Source of the DNA: an uncultured Acidobacteriota bacterium
GTDB taxonomy: Bacteria; Acidobacteriota; Terriglobia; Acidiferrales; UBA7541
DNA length: 64,000 nucleotides
Direction of reading: 5' to 3'
NCBI GenBank assembly: GCA_963780035.1
Contig: CAWAAG010000024.1
Coordinates: forward strand, 96,290-160,289
In this document: positions 16,813-27,118 of the stretch, in pieces
Layout of the letters: each line of letters begins with the position of its first letter
Position numbering within the stretch: the first letter of the stretch is position 1
Notes under the pieces: model-generated
What the model was told of the DNA's origin: nothing
Seen by the model: the letters and a program-made list of their open reading frames with translations, nothing else
Databases searched by the model: none
Program-made: the position numbers and the translations under genes

Positions 16813-19479
16813 TCACCGTGGCGGTTTTTCCGCGTACGTCCGAATCACCAGATCGTGCCCATCCGTGAGCGCCGTAACCGCCCCATCGCGATCGGTCCGC
16901 AAAAATCGCACGCCCGCCTGCGCGTAACGCTGCACCACGCTCTCCGCGGGGAAGCCGAACTGATTGCCTTCGCCGAGCGAAGCCACCGCCACTCGCGGCG
17001 CGACCGCTTCCACGAACGCATCCGTCGAAGACGTCTTGCTCCCGTGGTGCGGCACCTTCAGAAAATCCGCCGCCAGCGGCGCCTTCTCATCTACCAATTC
17101 ATTCTCCACGTGCTTCTCGATATCCCCGGGTAGCAGGAAACTCTGCGCGCCGTCCTGAATCCGCATCACCAGGGAATCGTCGTTGGATGCCTTCGACACC
17201 GCAGAAATATCCGCGGGCCACAGCACCTGGCCTTTCACGCCGTCCCAATCGAATTCCCGGTCCTGCGTTTCTATAACGATCGGGATCCTCCGCGCTCGTG
17301 CTTCCGCCAACAAATTCAAAAACGCGCTGGTTTCCTCGTCGCGCCCCACCCATAGCTGGCCCACCTTGAAACTCGCGATCACACTGTGCAATCCGTCCAG
17401 ATGGTCGTGATGGGCGTGCGTCAGCGCCACCACGTCCAGCCGCTTGATTCCCCGCGACCACAAATAAGGCGACACCACTTCTTCGCCGATGTCCGGCCCG
17501 GATCGCACACCGTTAAACCATTCCGACCCTGCCAGCCCACCGCCATCCACCAGCATGGTTCGCCCGTCAGGAAAGGCCACAAATATCGAATCGCCCTGGC
17601 CAACATCCAGCACCGTGACTTCGAAATCTCCGCGCACCAATCGCGGCGCAAAAGGATAAGTAGCCACCAGCACCGCCAGCGCCAGCAACATCGCTGCCGC
17701 GATCCATTCCGAAAAATGTCTGGGAGCAACGGGCTGCAAACGCACCGCCCGGACCCGCTTCCGCTCAGCGCCTGCACGCGCCACGCCCGCCAAACAAATA
17801 AATGCCGCGAAGAACGCCACTACCAGCCACACCGGCGGCCCGGGAATTCGGTAGCTAAGCCGAGGCCATCCTGCGAACCAGTCCACCGTCGCAAGCAGCA
17901 GGCCGGTGCAAAAACTGAGAGCCTTGGCCAGCACCAGCGCCAGTCGCGCCCACAAAAACGTCGCAGCCAGCGCGGCAAATCCCAGCGGCACAATAATCCC
18001 TGTCAGCAAGACGGCTGGAATATTGCTCACTGGCCCAGCCAGGCTCACGCGATGAAAATCCTCCGCCAGCAGCGGAAGCATGCCCCACTGAATCACCGCG
18101 GAAAGCAGCACGATTTCCCACAATCGCAATCCGGCTCGAATCGGCAGCACCAGCACCGCGCCGCAGCGCGAAGCCAGCCTCTGCGGCATCCTTGCCGCCA
18201 GCCACTGGATCGCCCAGCGCAGTTCGATGCGAAATTGCGCAATTTTCGGGGCGTGGGCCACGTCCCGCGTCACATCGCCCAGATGATTTAATCCCGCGCG
18301 GTATGGCGCGCTGCTGCGCTCCATCCAAGGCAGCGCCAGCCCGGCAATCACCCCCGCCGCCAAAAACGAAAGCTGAAAGCTCGAATCCGTCAGCGAAGAT
18401 GGTCTCCAAATCAAAATCGCCAGCGCCGCCACCGCGATCGTCTGCAGCAAATCCACGCGCCGGAAAAGCGGTCGCGCGCACAAATAAAGCCCCGCCATCA
18501 AAGCCGCGCGCAAGATCGGCGGGCGGTCCTGCACGATCCCCACGTAAGCGACGAGCGCCAGCACCGTCACCAGCCCGATCATGCTCACCGGCAATCGCAA
18601 TCGCCGCCCAATCCAGAACAAGAAAATCACCAGCGCGCCGACGTGCAATCCCGCCACAACCAGCACGTGATATGCCGCCGTTTTCTGAAACGCCAGCACC
18701 ACGCTGGAATCCACAAAGCTGCGATCCCCCAGCAGCATCGCGCGCAAAATCGCGCCGCGCTCCGGATGCTCCGCGAATAGGGAATCAATCCGTGCCAGAA
18801 GCGTCCCGCGCGCCCGCGCCAGCCGCTGCAAAATCGTCGGCGGCGGGCGATCAACCACCTCCAGCAATGCGCCACTGCGCAGCGAGCCGATCACATCGAT
18901 CTTTTGCCGCGCCAAAAAACCACGCACATCAAACGCGCCCGGATCCAGAAAATCTCGCGGCTCCCGCGCTTTCAAAAGCGCTTCCACGCGATCTCCAGCC
19001 CGCAATCCCGCAGGTGGCCGCGCGGCATGCTCGTTCGAATAGAAATTTACCCGCAAGCCTCCGCTGACCGGCAATTCCGCGCCGCCCGCTTCCACCTGCT
19101 CCAGATCAATTTCAAACCGCTCGCCCCACGGCAGCGCCAAGGGGTCTTCCCGCAGGCGTCCGCGCCAGCGCAGCGGCACGGAGGTATCAATCCTGCCCGC
19201 GGCAATCAATCGTGTGATGTGATTGGAAGGAATCCCTGCCACTTCGACCGCGCTAGCAAGTCCGCCCAGCGCCAGCCAGGCAGCCAGCGCGCAAACCCAC
19301 GCAAAACTCACAAAGTAACGCCGGGCGGATTCCGCGCCCGCCAAAATCACGAGCGCCGCTCCGACCGCCATTGCCACGAGCGCCGCCACCGCCCACAACT
19401 TCAGCGCCACGGGCCATCGCTCCCCCATCCCGATGCCCGCCGCAAACGCCGCTAGCATCCACAACGCAGGTAGTTTCAT
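16813..19479 (-). CDS. comEC: DNA internalization competence protein ComEC/Rec2 (with C-terminal metallo-beta-lactamase domain)
   Basis: Start moved to the ATG at 19479 (MKLPALWMLAAF). DUF4131-like N-terminus, polytopic competence domain. C-terminal MBL motifs VLDVGQGDS, THAHHDHLDG and PHHGS. Confidence 0.85.
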   Translation of the reverse strand: MKLPALWMLAAFAAGIGMGERWPVALKLWAVAALVAMAVGAALVILAGAESARRYFVSFAWVCALAAWLALGGLASAVEVAGIPSNHITRLIAAGRIDTSVPLRWRGRLREDPLALPWGERFEIDLEQVEAGGAELPVSGGLRVNFYSNEHAARPPAGLRAGDRVEALLKAREPRDFLDPGAFDVRGFLARQKIDVIGSLRSGALLEVVDRPPPTILQRLARARGTLLARIDSLFAEHPERGAILRAMLLGDRSFVDSSVVLAFQKTAAYHVLVVAGLHVGALVIFLFWIGRRLRLPVSMIGLVTVLALVAYVGIVQDRPPILRAALMAGLYLCARPLFRRVDLLQTIAVAALAILIWRPSSLTDSSFQLSFLAAGVIAGLALPWMERSSAPYRAGLNHLGDVTRDVAHAPKIAQFRIELRWAIQWLAARMPQRLASRCGAVLVLPIRAGLRLWEIVLLSAVIQWGMLPLLAEDFHRVSLAGPVSNIPAVLLTGIIVPLGFAALAATFLWARLALVLAKALSFCTGLLLATVDWFAGWPRLSYRIPGPPVWLVVAFFAAFICLAGVARAGAERKRVRAVRLQPVAPRHFSEWIAAAMLLALAVLVATYPFAPRLVRGDFEVTVLDVGQGDSIFVAFPDGRTMLVDGGGLAGSEWFNGVRSGPDIGEEVVSPYLWSRGIKRLDVVALTHAHHDHLDGLHSVIASFKVGQLWVGRDEETSAFLNLLAEARARRIPIVIETQDREFDWDGVKGQVLWPADISAVSKASNDDSLVMRIQDGAQSFLLPGDIEKHVENELVDEKAPLAADFLKVPHHGSKTSSTDAFVEAVAPRVAVASLGEGNQFGFPAESVVQRYAQAGVRFLRTDRDGAVTALTDGHDLVIRTYAEKPPR

Positions 19480-19568
19480 GCTCCCTGCTATCGAGCCATT
19501 GCCTAGATCCCCTATGGAGCCTCGGGCTCGCGCGATAAGCAAGCAGCCAGACGCGCCGCCAACTCATC

Positions 19569-19619
19569 TGGGAATGCGGGAGCTTGCTCCCGCCGCGATC
19601 CAGCGAGGCTTGCCTCGCG
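19569..19619. repeat. REP-C bipartite hairpin element (copy 3)
   Basis: tgggaatgcgggagcttgctcccgcc...gcgaggcttgcctcgc, between comEC and rlmD. Confidence 0.8.
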
Positions 19620-19673
19620 CAAAGCAACGAGGTCGCGCTAGGAACCTGGGCCCCTCACTGCAATCAAGAAGCT

Positions 19674-20981
19674 CTAACGCCGCCGCAATCGCACGACCGA
19701 TTCCATATGAAAAGTCTGAGTAAATAAATCGAATAAGTGTACTTCTGTGCAATCGTACCCGCCTTTGACAAACAAGGCAAGATCGCGCGCCAAGGTAGAG
19801 GGGTCGCACGACACATAAGTAACCCGCGCCGGAGCAATCTTCGCAATCCGTTGTATCGCCTCGGGACTCACGCCAGCCCGCGGCGGATCCAGCACCACCA
19901 GCTCAGGGCGCTCCTTGCAGCGCTCCACGAACCTCTCAACCTCCGCGGTACGCACCTCGATCGTGCCCCGCCCACGCATATTCGTCTCCAGGTCGCGCGC
20001 CGCCGCGGGATTCGACTCCACCGCAACTACCCGCTCAAATCGTTCCGCCAGTGGCACGGAAAATAATCCCACTCCCGCGAAAAGATCCAGCGCCAGGCGC
20101 CCACCCTCTTCGCGCTCTACAACTTCACGCGCTAATTCCTCCACCAGGAACCGGTTCACCTGAAAAAATGAAAAGTGTCCGACGCGGTAGGCGATTCCTC
20201 CAGCCGCATAATCCAGAAATCCCGGACCATACAATTCCATCCGGTCATTACGGGGATCGTGAAAGAGCAAACTCGCAATCTCCGGCACCACGCGCCGAAA
20301 CGTCTCCGCGTGTTCCGCCGCTCGGGAAGGGAACCCCGCGAAAGTCGCCGTCAGCAGCAAATTGCTGTCTGCAGCGTCCGCGAACGCCTCAATCTCGCGC
20401 AATCCGCGCGGCAACGCTCCGCCCGCCAACGCCCCTCGCAGTGCCAGCAGCGTCTTCAGCAGCAGTGGCGAAACGATCGAACAATCTTCCACCGCGCAAA
20501 GCGCCGTCGAGTTCGCCCGAAAATACCCGATTCCAAGCGCATCTTTGCGTTCTGACCCGGTCTCCGCCGCCTCACCCGCGCCAGCTTCCAGCGGCCGCAC
20601 TTTCCACTGCGCCCGATTGCGATATGCCCATGGAGAAGAAGATCCGTGCGTCACGATCTCGCCGGTCCATTCGATCCGTCCCAGCCGGCGCATAGTCTCG
20701 CGCAAAATTTCTCTCTTGTAGCCCAGCTGCCCCTCATAAGGAATGTGCTGATAATCGCATCCTCCGCAAACTCCAAAATGCGGGCACCGCGGCACAATGC
20801 GCTCCGCGGAAGCCTGCAAAATCTGCTCCACTCGTCCGCGCACAAATTTCTTCTTCTGCTCCACCGGCGCAACCGCGACGCGCTCCCCAGGCAGCACGAA
20901 CGGCACAAAAACGGTAACTCCCTCGTGACGCGCGAGTCCCTCGCCGCCATAAATCAATTTTTCGATTGTGACATCCACCAT
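19674..20981 (-). CDS. rlmD: 23S rRNA (uracil-C5)-methyltransferase, RumA/RlmD family (TRAM + Fe-S Cys cluster + SAM MTase)
   Basis: Start moved to the ATG at 20981 (MVDVTIEKLIYGGEGLAR, TRAM domain). CPHFGVCGGCDYQH cluster, DLFAGVGLFS SAM motif, DPPRAG and SCDP catalytic motifs. The track's N-terminal extension merely translates a REP palindrome. Confidence 0.8.
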   Translation of the reverse strand: MVDVTIEKLIYGGEGLARHEGVTVFVPFVLPGERVAVAPVEQKKKFVRGRVEQILQASAERIVPRCPHFGVCGGCDYQHIPYEGQLGYKREILRETMRRLGRIEWTGEIVTHGSSSPWAYRNRAQWKVRPLEAGAGEAAETGSERKDALGIGYFRANSTALCAVEDCSIVSPLLLKTLLALRGALAGGALPRGLREIEAFADAADSNLLLTATFAGFPSRAAEHAETFRRVVPEIASLLFHDPRNDRMELYGPGFLDYAAGGIAYRVGHFSFFQVNRFLVEELAREVVEREEGGRLALDLFAGVGLFSVPLAERFERVVAVESNPAAARDLETNMRGRGTIEVRTAEVERFVERCKERPELVVLDPPRAGVSPEAIQRIAKIAPARVTYVSCDPSTLARDLALFVKGGYDCTEVHLFDLFTQTFHMESVVRLRRR

Positions 20982-21045
20982 GATTGCGTTGGCCGTTTCC
21001 GGGAAGTGAGCGTCGCACCCGGTATGTGAGATTTCTTTGGCGACC

Positions 21046-21074
21046 GTAGGGGCGGGTCTTAGACCCGCCCCTAC
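21046..21074. repeat. REP-A palindrome (copy 1)
   Basis: gtaggggcgggtcttagacccgcccctac. Intergenic, upstream of the corrected rlmD start. Confidence 0.85.
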
Positions 21075-21145
21075 AACGTCGGACACACTTGCATGCGCCG
21101 TACGTGCGTGGCGTGCTCCGCGCGTCCGGCCAAAACGCCGCCCCG

Positions 21146-21928
21146 CTACGTCAAATAAAACAAACTCAACCTCGGCACCTCAAAATGCTCAAACAATCGC
21201 TTCTGCGTGTACTGCCGCTCCAATTGCGCCAATTGCTCCGCCGACATCTTACGCCGGTACGGCGCCAGCGACCGGTCCATCTCGCGGCGAATGCTCAGCA
21301 ATGCCTCTTCGTCCGCATCCGCCGCCAAAGCCGCCGAAAGCTTTTCCTCCAGCACGGTCATGCGCCGCTCCAAATCTTCCAAATCCAAAGCCCCCGGCGC
21401 ATCGAGAAGTGGCAGCGCCTCCTCCAACTTCCGCGCCGTTTCCTCAAACCGCGCAGCCAATCCCTCCGCAGTCGCCCCAGCGGCCTTGCCACCCGCGGCC
21501 CCGGGAGCGCCGCGTAACTTCACGGCAGCCTTTCGCAAACGCGTCGCATTCCGCTCCAAATATTTCCGCAACTCTTCGCGCGAAAACGGCTCCGCGCCTG
21601 CCCGCGACGACCGCACTTCCGGCCCGGACCCAGCAGCCGCCTCCGCCGCTTCCGCCGCCGCGTCCAACACAGCATCCACGCAATAAGCCAAACTCTTCAA
21701 CTGTCGCCCGCCGGCCGCCCGCCGCGACCGACCCCAACTCTCAAACGCGCGATCAATCCCCCTAAGCACCGCCTCGATCGGCACCCCAGCCTTCTGCCAG
21801 GTCTCCACAATCGCCCAATCCAAGGGTGACACCAGCAGGTGCGCCCCGCGCTTCCGCCAGAAATACTCCTCAATTTCCGTAAAATAATTAAAGTAGTTAA
21901 ACGCTTCCATGGGCGAGGCAGAACTCAC
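21146..21928 (-). CDS. Conserved-looking hypothetical protein (helical, Ala/Glu-rich centre)
   Basis: 260-aa ORF with normal N- and C-terminal composition (FTEIEEYFWRKRGAHLLVSPLDWAIVETW; RLFEHFEVPRLSLFYLT). No domain recognised. An alternative start lies at 21910. Confidence 0.55.
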   Translation of the reverse strand: MSSASPMEAFNYFNYFTEIEEYFWRKRGAHLLVSPLDWAIVETWQKAGVPIEAVLRGIDRAFESWGRSRRAAGGRQLKSLAYCVDAVLDAAAEAAEAAAGSGPEVRSSRAGAEPFSREELRKYLERNATRLRKAAVKLRGAPGAAGGKAAGATAEGLAARFEETARKLEEALPLLDAPGALDLEDLERRMTVLEEKLSAALAADADEEALLSIRREMDRSLAPYRRKMSAEQLAQLERQYTQKRLFEHFEVPRLSLFYLT

Positions 21929-21932
21929 AATC

Positions 21933-21966
21933 TGTCATTCCGAGCGGAGCGAGGAATCTCTCTTCG
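21933..21966. repeat. REP-D element (gtcattccgagcggagcgaggaatc type)
   Basis: tgtcattccgagcggagcgaggaatctctcttcg. Related to gtcatcctgagcgcagcgaagc at 56913. Confidence 0.7.
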
Positions 21967-21991
21967 GTTTTCCGTGGAAGCGCACGGACGC

Positions 21992-22801
21992 TCAACTGCG
22001 ACGCGCCGCCGCTGGCGCTTTCTTCTGCGCGCTGTCCTGATTCCGCTCCCAAATAATCCGCAATCCTTCCAAAGTCAAAAATTCATCCACGATCTCAATA
22101 TGTCGCGAAGCTCCGCCAATCAACGACGCCTGCCCGCCCGTCGCCACCACTTTCGTCTTCGCCCCCATCACTTTCTTCATGCGGTCCAGAATCCCGTCCA
22201 CCATATCCGTATACCCGTAAAACATGCCGGCCTGCATGGACGCGGCGGTGTTCGTCCCGATGATTTTTCCCGGGTCCTTAATCTCCACGCGAAAAAGCCG
22301 CGCCGCCCGCGCAAACAGCGCATCCGCCGAAATCCCGATTCCCGGCGCCAGCACTCCTCCCATGTATTCGCCGCGCGCGGACACCGCATCAAAATTGATC
22401 GCCGTCCCAAAATCCACGATGATGCACGGCCCGCCGTACTTCTCAAACGCCGCCACGCTGTTAACGATCCGGTCCGCGCCCACTTCCTGCGGATTGTCGT
22501 ACTGCACCGGCATCCCGGTCTTAATCCCCGGCTCCACAAAAAGCGCCGTCTTGCTGAAATACCGCGCGGCCATCCCCGCCAGGCGCGAATTCAATTGTGG
22601 CACCACCGAGCTGATGATCACGCCGCCGATTTCCCGCGGCTCCAGGTTCGCCAGGGTAAATAAATCCCGGCTCAGAATCCCGTACTCATCAATCGTCTGG
22701 TCGCGCGCCGTGGACAACCGCCAGTTCGCCACCAATTCCTTGCCGCGAAATACTCCCAGCACTGTGTTGGTGTTGCCCACATCCAGCGTCAACAGCATCA
22801 A
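21992..22801 (-). CDS. coaX: Type III pantothenate kinase
   Basis: 269 aa. [17 protein letters not shown]-terminus and [11 protein letters not shown] and TGG motifs of CoaX (ASKHA fold). 4-nt overlap with birA. Confidence 0.9.
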   Translation of the reverse strand: MMLLTLDVGNTNTVLGVFRGKELVANWRLSTARDQTIDEYGILSRDLFTLANLEPREIGGVIISSVVPQLNSRLAGMAARYFSKTALFVEPGIKTGMPVQYDNPQEVGADRIVNSVAAFEKYGGPCIIVDFGTAINFDAVSARGEYMGGVLAPGIGISADALFARAARLFRVEIKDPGKIIGTNTAASMQAGMFYGYTDMVDGILDRMKKVMGAKTKVVATGGQASLIGGASRHIEIVDEFLTLEGLRIIWERNQDSAQKKAPAAARRS

Positions 22802-23814
22802 CTCGCCTCCGCCACGTCGCCCGAAAGCACCGGCTCGATTCCGCCGCCGTCATCCCGCATCACCCGCAACACGCCGCTCGGCTCCAGGCCCGCCGTCGTC
22901 CCGGTAAAAACTTCCGTCGCCGTCGTGATCCGCACGCGCTTCCCCTGAAAATAGCTGGACACCTCGGCGAACCGCCGCAAAATTGGCGCGCCGCCTTCCG
23001 CGAGAAACTGATTGTAGTAGCGGTCCAGGTTGCGCAGCAATCGTATCAGCACTTCCAGCCGCGAATGCACCTTGCCGGTCTCCATCCGCAGCGAAGTGGC
23101 AATCTCCGCCAATTCCGCCGGCATCTTCGACTGGTTCACGTTGATCCCGATGCCCACAACCGCGTAATGCATGCGATCCGGCTCCGCGTGCATCTCTGTC
23201 AAAATCCCCGAAAATTTTCGCCCGCCCACCAGCAAATCATTGGGCCAGCGAATGTCCGGCACGGAATCCAGCTCCTCCGCCACCGCATCGCGCGCCGCCA
23301 AGCCCGCCACCAGCGTCAGCAGGGGAGCGTGCGCCGGCGAAATTCGCGGGCGCAGCAGCACGGTGCAATGTATCCCCGCCGATTTCTCGGAGAGCCACTT
23401 ACGCCCCGCGCGCCCGCGCCCTGCGGTCTGCTCTTCGGCGAGCACCACGGCCCCGTGCGGCTCGCCCAGCTCGCCCAGGTTCATCGCCACGGTGTTTGTC
23501 GAATCCGTCTTGAAAAAATGATAGATCCTCCGCGCGAAAGCCGTCCCCGCCAGGCGATGACTCAAAAGCTGCGGCGCCAGAATGTCCGGAGGCCGTTCGA
23601 TGTGATAACCCGTCGCGGTGTGGCCCTTGACGCGCACTCCCAACTCACGCAATTTCTGCACCCAGCGCCATACCTGCTGCCGCGAAACACCGATTTCCCG
23701 CGCAATCTGCGCCCCGCTGATCACAATCGTCGAATTCTCAGCCAGCAAGGTCAGCAGCGCGTCAATCCGCCGGTCGGTGCTTCCAGGCAATACAGCCATG
23801 CGTCGAGTAGCCAT
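22798..23814 (-). CDS. birA: Bifunctional biotin-[acetyl-CoA-carboxylase] ligase/biotin operon repressor
   Basis: Start moved to the ATG at 23814 (or 23799). N-terminal wHTH ([28 protein letters not shown]). GRGRAGRKW biotin-binding loop, KWPNDLL-like RWPNDLL and GIGINV motifs. Confidence 0.85.
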   Translation of the reverse strand: MATRRMAVLPGSTDRRIDALLTLLAENSTIVISGAQIAREIGVSRQQVWRWVQKLRELGVRVKGHTATGYHIERPPDILAPQLLSHRLAGTAFARRIYHFFKTDSTNTVAMNLGELGEPHGAVVLAEEQTAGRGRAGRKWLSEKSAGIHCTVLLRPRISPAHAPLLTLVAGLAARDAVAEELDSVPDIRWPNDLLVGGRKFSGILTEMHAEPDRMHYAVVGIGINVNQSKMPAELAEIATSLRMETGKVHSRLEVLIRLLRNLDRYYNQFLAEGGAPILRRFAEVSSYFQGKRVRITTATEVFTGTTAGLEPSGVLRVMRDDGGGIEPVLSGDVAEAS

Positions 23815-23869
23815 GCGAATTGCAAAGCATACGCGAGCGCAGCACCGCGGACAAGGCGCCTGCTTTTTC

Positions 23870-23978
23870 TGGGAGTGCGGAGGCTCGCCTCCGCCTGTTG
23901 CAAGGCGAGGCTTGCCTCGCCGCGCTGATCCTCGCCTAGCTGTACGTGGGACGGCGGCGGCAAGCCGCCGCACTCCCA
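23870..23978. repeat. Composite REP-C element bounded by 11-bp inverted termini (MITE-like)
   Basis: tgggagtgcgg at 23870-23880 and its exact reverse complement ccgcactccca at 23968-23978 enclose three GC hairpins. Lies in the valS-birA spacer. Confidence 0.75.
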
Positions 23979-24051
23979 GCAGCTGCGAACGCCCGCTCTA
24001 AGTCGAGGAGAATGAAAGTTGCTCGAAGGACTTGGGACCTCTTGCCGAGTC

Positions 24052-26847
24052 CTACTCTAGCTGTTTCAACCGCTCAATCAATTTCTGATGCTCAATTTCG
24101 CGCGAGGCTAATGTGGCCTTCAAATCCTCCACGATTTTCGCCGGAGCCTTGCTCAAAAACGCCTCGTCGGCCAACCGCGCTTGCTTCGACGCGAGATCCT
24201 TCGCCAGCCGCTCAATTTCCTTCCGCAGACGCGCAATCTCGGACCCCTTGTCTACAGCGTCGCCGTAAGCGATCCGCAAGTCGTAATTCGCCGTCGAACG
24301 AACCGCCGCCCCTTCGGAGTCGAGCCGCGTAGCGGATATCCCCAGACCCGCAAGATTCCCCAGTCGCAGCAGCGGATCGAGGTTGTGTTCTACGAGCCTC
24401 CGCACCCCGGCGTCTCCACTGGAAAAATCCGCCGCAACCTTCTTCTTCGGATCCACCTTCATTTCCGCGCGAATGTTCCGCGCCGCCACCACGATCTCCT
24501 GAATCAAAGCCATCGCGCCATCCGCGCCAGCATCCACCCACTCCTCGCGGCGCGTAGGGAACTTCTCCAGCGCAATAGACCTTGCCCCCGTCCGCTGCGG
24601 CAAGCGATGCCAAAGCTCCTCGGTCAAAAATGGCATCACCGGATGCAGCAAGCGCAGCGCCGCCTCCAAAACCGCAAAAATATTGCGCCAGGCCGCCAGC
24701 GCAATCTCGCGATCAGACGAAGCAAGCTGCGGCTTCACCCACTCGATGTACCAGTCGCAGAAATCGCCCCAAAAAAACTGGTAAATCGTCTGGCAAGCCT
24801 CATGAAAACGAAACTCATCCAAAGCCTTGTCCACGTCTCCCGCCACAGCCGCCAGCCGCGAAAATATCCAACGATGCGCCAAAGCGCCTTCGCCCTTCAC
24901 CGCATAAGGCGCCGCCTCCCGCACCTCCGGCGCGGCCAATTCCTCCAAACTAAATCCCGCCGCAGCCTCCGCCTTTTCCAGATTCACAAACAAAAATCGC
25001 GCCGCATTCCAGATCTTATTCGCGAACGCCCGCGCCCCCAGAATGCGGTCCTCGGCCAGCGCAATGTCCGTCCCCGGCGCAGATATGCTCGCCAGCATGT
25101 AACGCAGCGCGTCGGTCCCATACTGCTGCGTCAATTGCAAAGGGTCCACGCCCGTGCCCTTGGTCTTGGACATCTTCGCGCCTTCCGCCGTGCGCACCAG
25201 GGAATGTAAATAAAGCCGCCGGAAGGGAATGCGCTGCGCTTCCGAAGCGCCGGGAGCGAGATGCAGCCCCATCATGATCATCCGCGAGTCCCAGAAAAAT
25301 AAGATGTCGTAGCCGCTGATCAGCAAACTCGTAGGATAAAAAGTCCGCAAGTCTTCCGTAACGTCCGGCCAGCCCAGAGTAGAAAACGGCCACAGCGCCG
25401 AGCTGAACCAGGTGTCCAGCACGTCCTTATCCTGCGTCAATTTGCCGCCGCCGCATTTCGGGCATTTAACCGGCACGCCCGCCGCCCGCGCATGGCCATC
25501 CACAATCGAAACGCTTGAATCCGTCGCCGGCACCATCTCCTGGCACTCCGCGCAATGCCATATCGGTATGCGATGCCCCCACCAAAGCTGCCGCGAAATG
25601 CACCAATCGCGAATATTTTCGAACCACTGCAGCAGAATCGTCCGCTGGTTGTCCGGCACCACTTCGATTTCGGCCGCGGGCCCGAATTCGCCCGTCACGG
25701 CCTTGCGCGCCTCTTCCGCCAGCGGCTTCATCTTCATGAACCACTGCGTCGAAATCCGCGGTTCCACAATCGCCTTGCAACGGTCGCACGTCCCCACCGA
25801 ATGGGTGTGCTCCGAAATGTGATCCATCAACCCCAGTTCTTCCAAATCCGCAATCACCCGCGCCCGCGCCACAAACCGCTCGAGTCCCGCATATTTCCCG
25901 GCCGCCTCATTCATGTGCGCGTCGTCAGTCATCACATCAATCTCGGCGAGCCCGTGCCGCTTGCCGACTTCAAAATCGTTCGGATCGTGCGCCGGCGTAA
26001 TCTTCACCACGCCCGTGCCGAATTCGCGGTCCACGTAGGTATCCGCAATAATTGGAATCTCGCGGTTCATCAGCGGCAGCAGCACTTTCTTGCCCACCAG
26101 ATGCCGGTAGCGTTCGTCCTCCGGATGCACCGCCACCGCCGTATCGCCCAGCATCGTCTCCGGACGCGTCGTCGCCACCACCAGATATTCCTGCGGAGTT
26201 CCCGCCACCGGGTAGCGTATGAACCACAAATTTCCCGTGCGTTCGTTGTGCACCACTTCCAGATCGCTGATGGCCGTCTGGCAGCGCGGGCACCAGTTGA
26301 CGATGTAACGCCCGCGATAGATCAATCCCTCGCGATACAGCCGCAAAAATGCTTCCAGCACCGCGCGGTAAAGTCCCGGCTCCAGCGTGAAGCGTTCGCG
26401 CGTCCAATCGCACGAAGCGCCCAGGCGGATCATCTGCTGCTTGATCACGCCGCCGCTTTCGGCCTTCCATTTCCACACGCGCCGCTCGAATTCCTCGCGG
26501 CCCAAATCCTTGCGCTGGATACCTTCCTTCGCCAGCATCCGCTCCACCACGAATTGCGTCGCGATCCCGGCGTGATCCATTCCCGGCAGCCACAAAGTCC
26601 GCTCGCCGCGCATGCGATGCCAGCGCACCAGCATGTCAATCTGCGTGTGCTCCAGCATGTGCCCGATGTGAATCGACCCGGTCACGTTCGGCGGCGGCAA
26701 AGCAATCGAAAACCTCGGCTGCTGGTCCCCCGGCACGCGCGGATCGCCGGAATTCTCCGCGCGAAATAATTTCTCCTCGTACCAGGCCTTCGCCCAGCGC
26801 TCCTCGATCTCCTGCGGCTCGTACGCCTTCGGTATTTCTCGCGGCAT
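24052..26847 (-). CDS. valS: Valine--tRNA ligase
   Basis: Start moved to the ATG at 26847 (MPREIPKAYEPQEIEERW), preceded by ggggag. HIGH motif (PPNVTGSIHIGH), KMSKT motif, editing domain and C-terminal coiled coil. Confidence 0.95.
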   Translation of the reverse strand: MPREIPKAYEPQEIEERWAKAWYEEKLFRAENSGDPRVPGDQQPRFSIALPPPNVTGSIHIGHMLEHTQIDMLVRWHRMRGERTLWLPGMDHAGIATQFVVERMLAKEGIQRKDLGREEFERRVWKWKAESGGVIKQQMIRLGASCDWTRERFTLEPGLYRAVLEAFLRLYREGLIYRGRYIVNWCPRCQTAISDLEVVHNERTGNLWFIRYPVAGTPQEYLVVATTRPETMLGDTAVAVHPEDERYRHLVGKKVLLPLMNREIPIIADTYVDREFGTGVVKITPAHDPNDFEVGKRHGLAEIDVMTDDAHMNEAAGKYAGLERFVARARVIADLEELGLMDHISEHTHSVGTCDRCKAIVEPRISTQWFMKMKPLAEEARKAVTGEFGPAAEIEVVPDNQRTILLQWFENIRDWCISRQLWWGHRIPIWHCAECQEMVPATDSSVSIVDGHARAAGVPVKCPKCGGGKLTQDKDVLDTWFSSALWPFSTLGWPDVTEDLRTFYPTSLLISGYDILFFWDSRMIMMGLHLAPGASEAQRIPFRRLYLHSLVRTAEGAKMSKTKGTGVDPLQLTQQYGTDALRYMLASISAPGTDIALAEDRILGARAFANKIWNAARFLFVNLEKAEAAAGFSLEELAAPEVREAAPYAVKGEGALAHRWIFSRLAAVAGDVDKALDEFRFHEACQTIYQFFWGDFCDWYIEWVKPQLASSDREIALAAWRNIFAVLEAALRLLHPVMPFLTEELWHRLPQRTGARSIALEKFPTRREEWVDAGADGAMALIQEIVVAARNIRAEMKVDPKKKVAADFSSGDAGVRRLVEHNLDPLLRLGNLAGLGISATRLDSEGAAVRSTANYDLRIAYGDAVDKGSEIARLRKEIERLAKDLASKQARLADEAFLSKAPAKIVEDLKATLASREIEHQKLIERLKQLE

Positions 26848-26868
26848 CAGCTCCCCGGTGAAAAAGGT

Positions 26869-26904
26869 TTTGTAGCGGCGGCCTTCAGGCCGCCATTCGC
26901 GTCG
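26869..26904. repeat. REP-B variant with compensatory stem changes
   Basis: ttgtagcggcggccttcaggccgccattcgcg. The stem is ggcggcc/ggccgcc instead of ggcgcac/gtgcgcc. Located 22 nt upstream of the valS start codon. Confidence 0.8.
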
Positions 26905-27118
26905 CCCATGAGTTCGGGAGATCGCCATCCTTTTACCAGACAATACGGCACAAGGACGAAAAGGGAATCAATCAATATAAAGGGCAACGAAGCGGAACGT
27001 CAACGGACGCTAGAACGTCGCGAGCGGGCAGGACCGTCCGATCATGGTGATATCGCAAATTGACACACGGGAGCGGAATATCGACGGAAATATAAAACGC
27101 GTACGCGGCAGGAGCGCT

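Noticed and set aside
19674-21086. N-terminal extensions in the ORF track. These are rlmD to 21086, birA to 23973, valS to 26943, comEC to 19542, waaA from 9890, ABC ATPase from 35613, ABC-2 permease from 36575, TonB-like from 33224, SDR to 8547, and the 40427 start.
   Set aside because: The extensions translate REP palindromes (for example VGAGLRPAPT) or overlap neighbouring genes. Internal ATG codons with better RBS-like sequences give canonical family N-termini.
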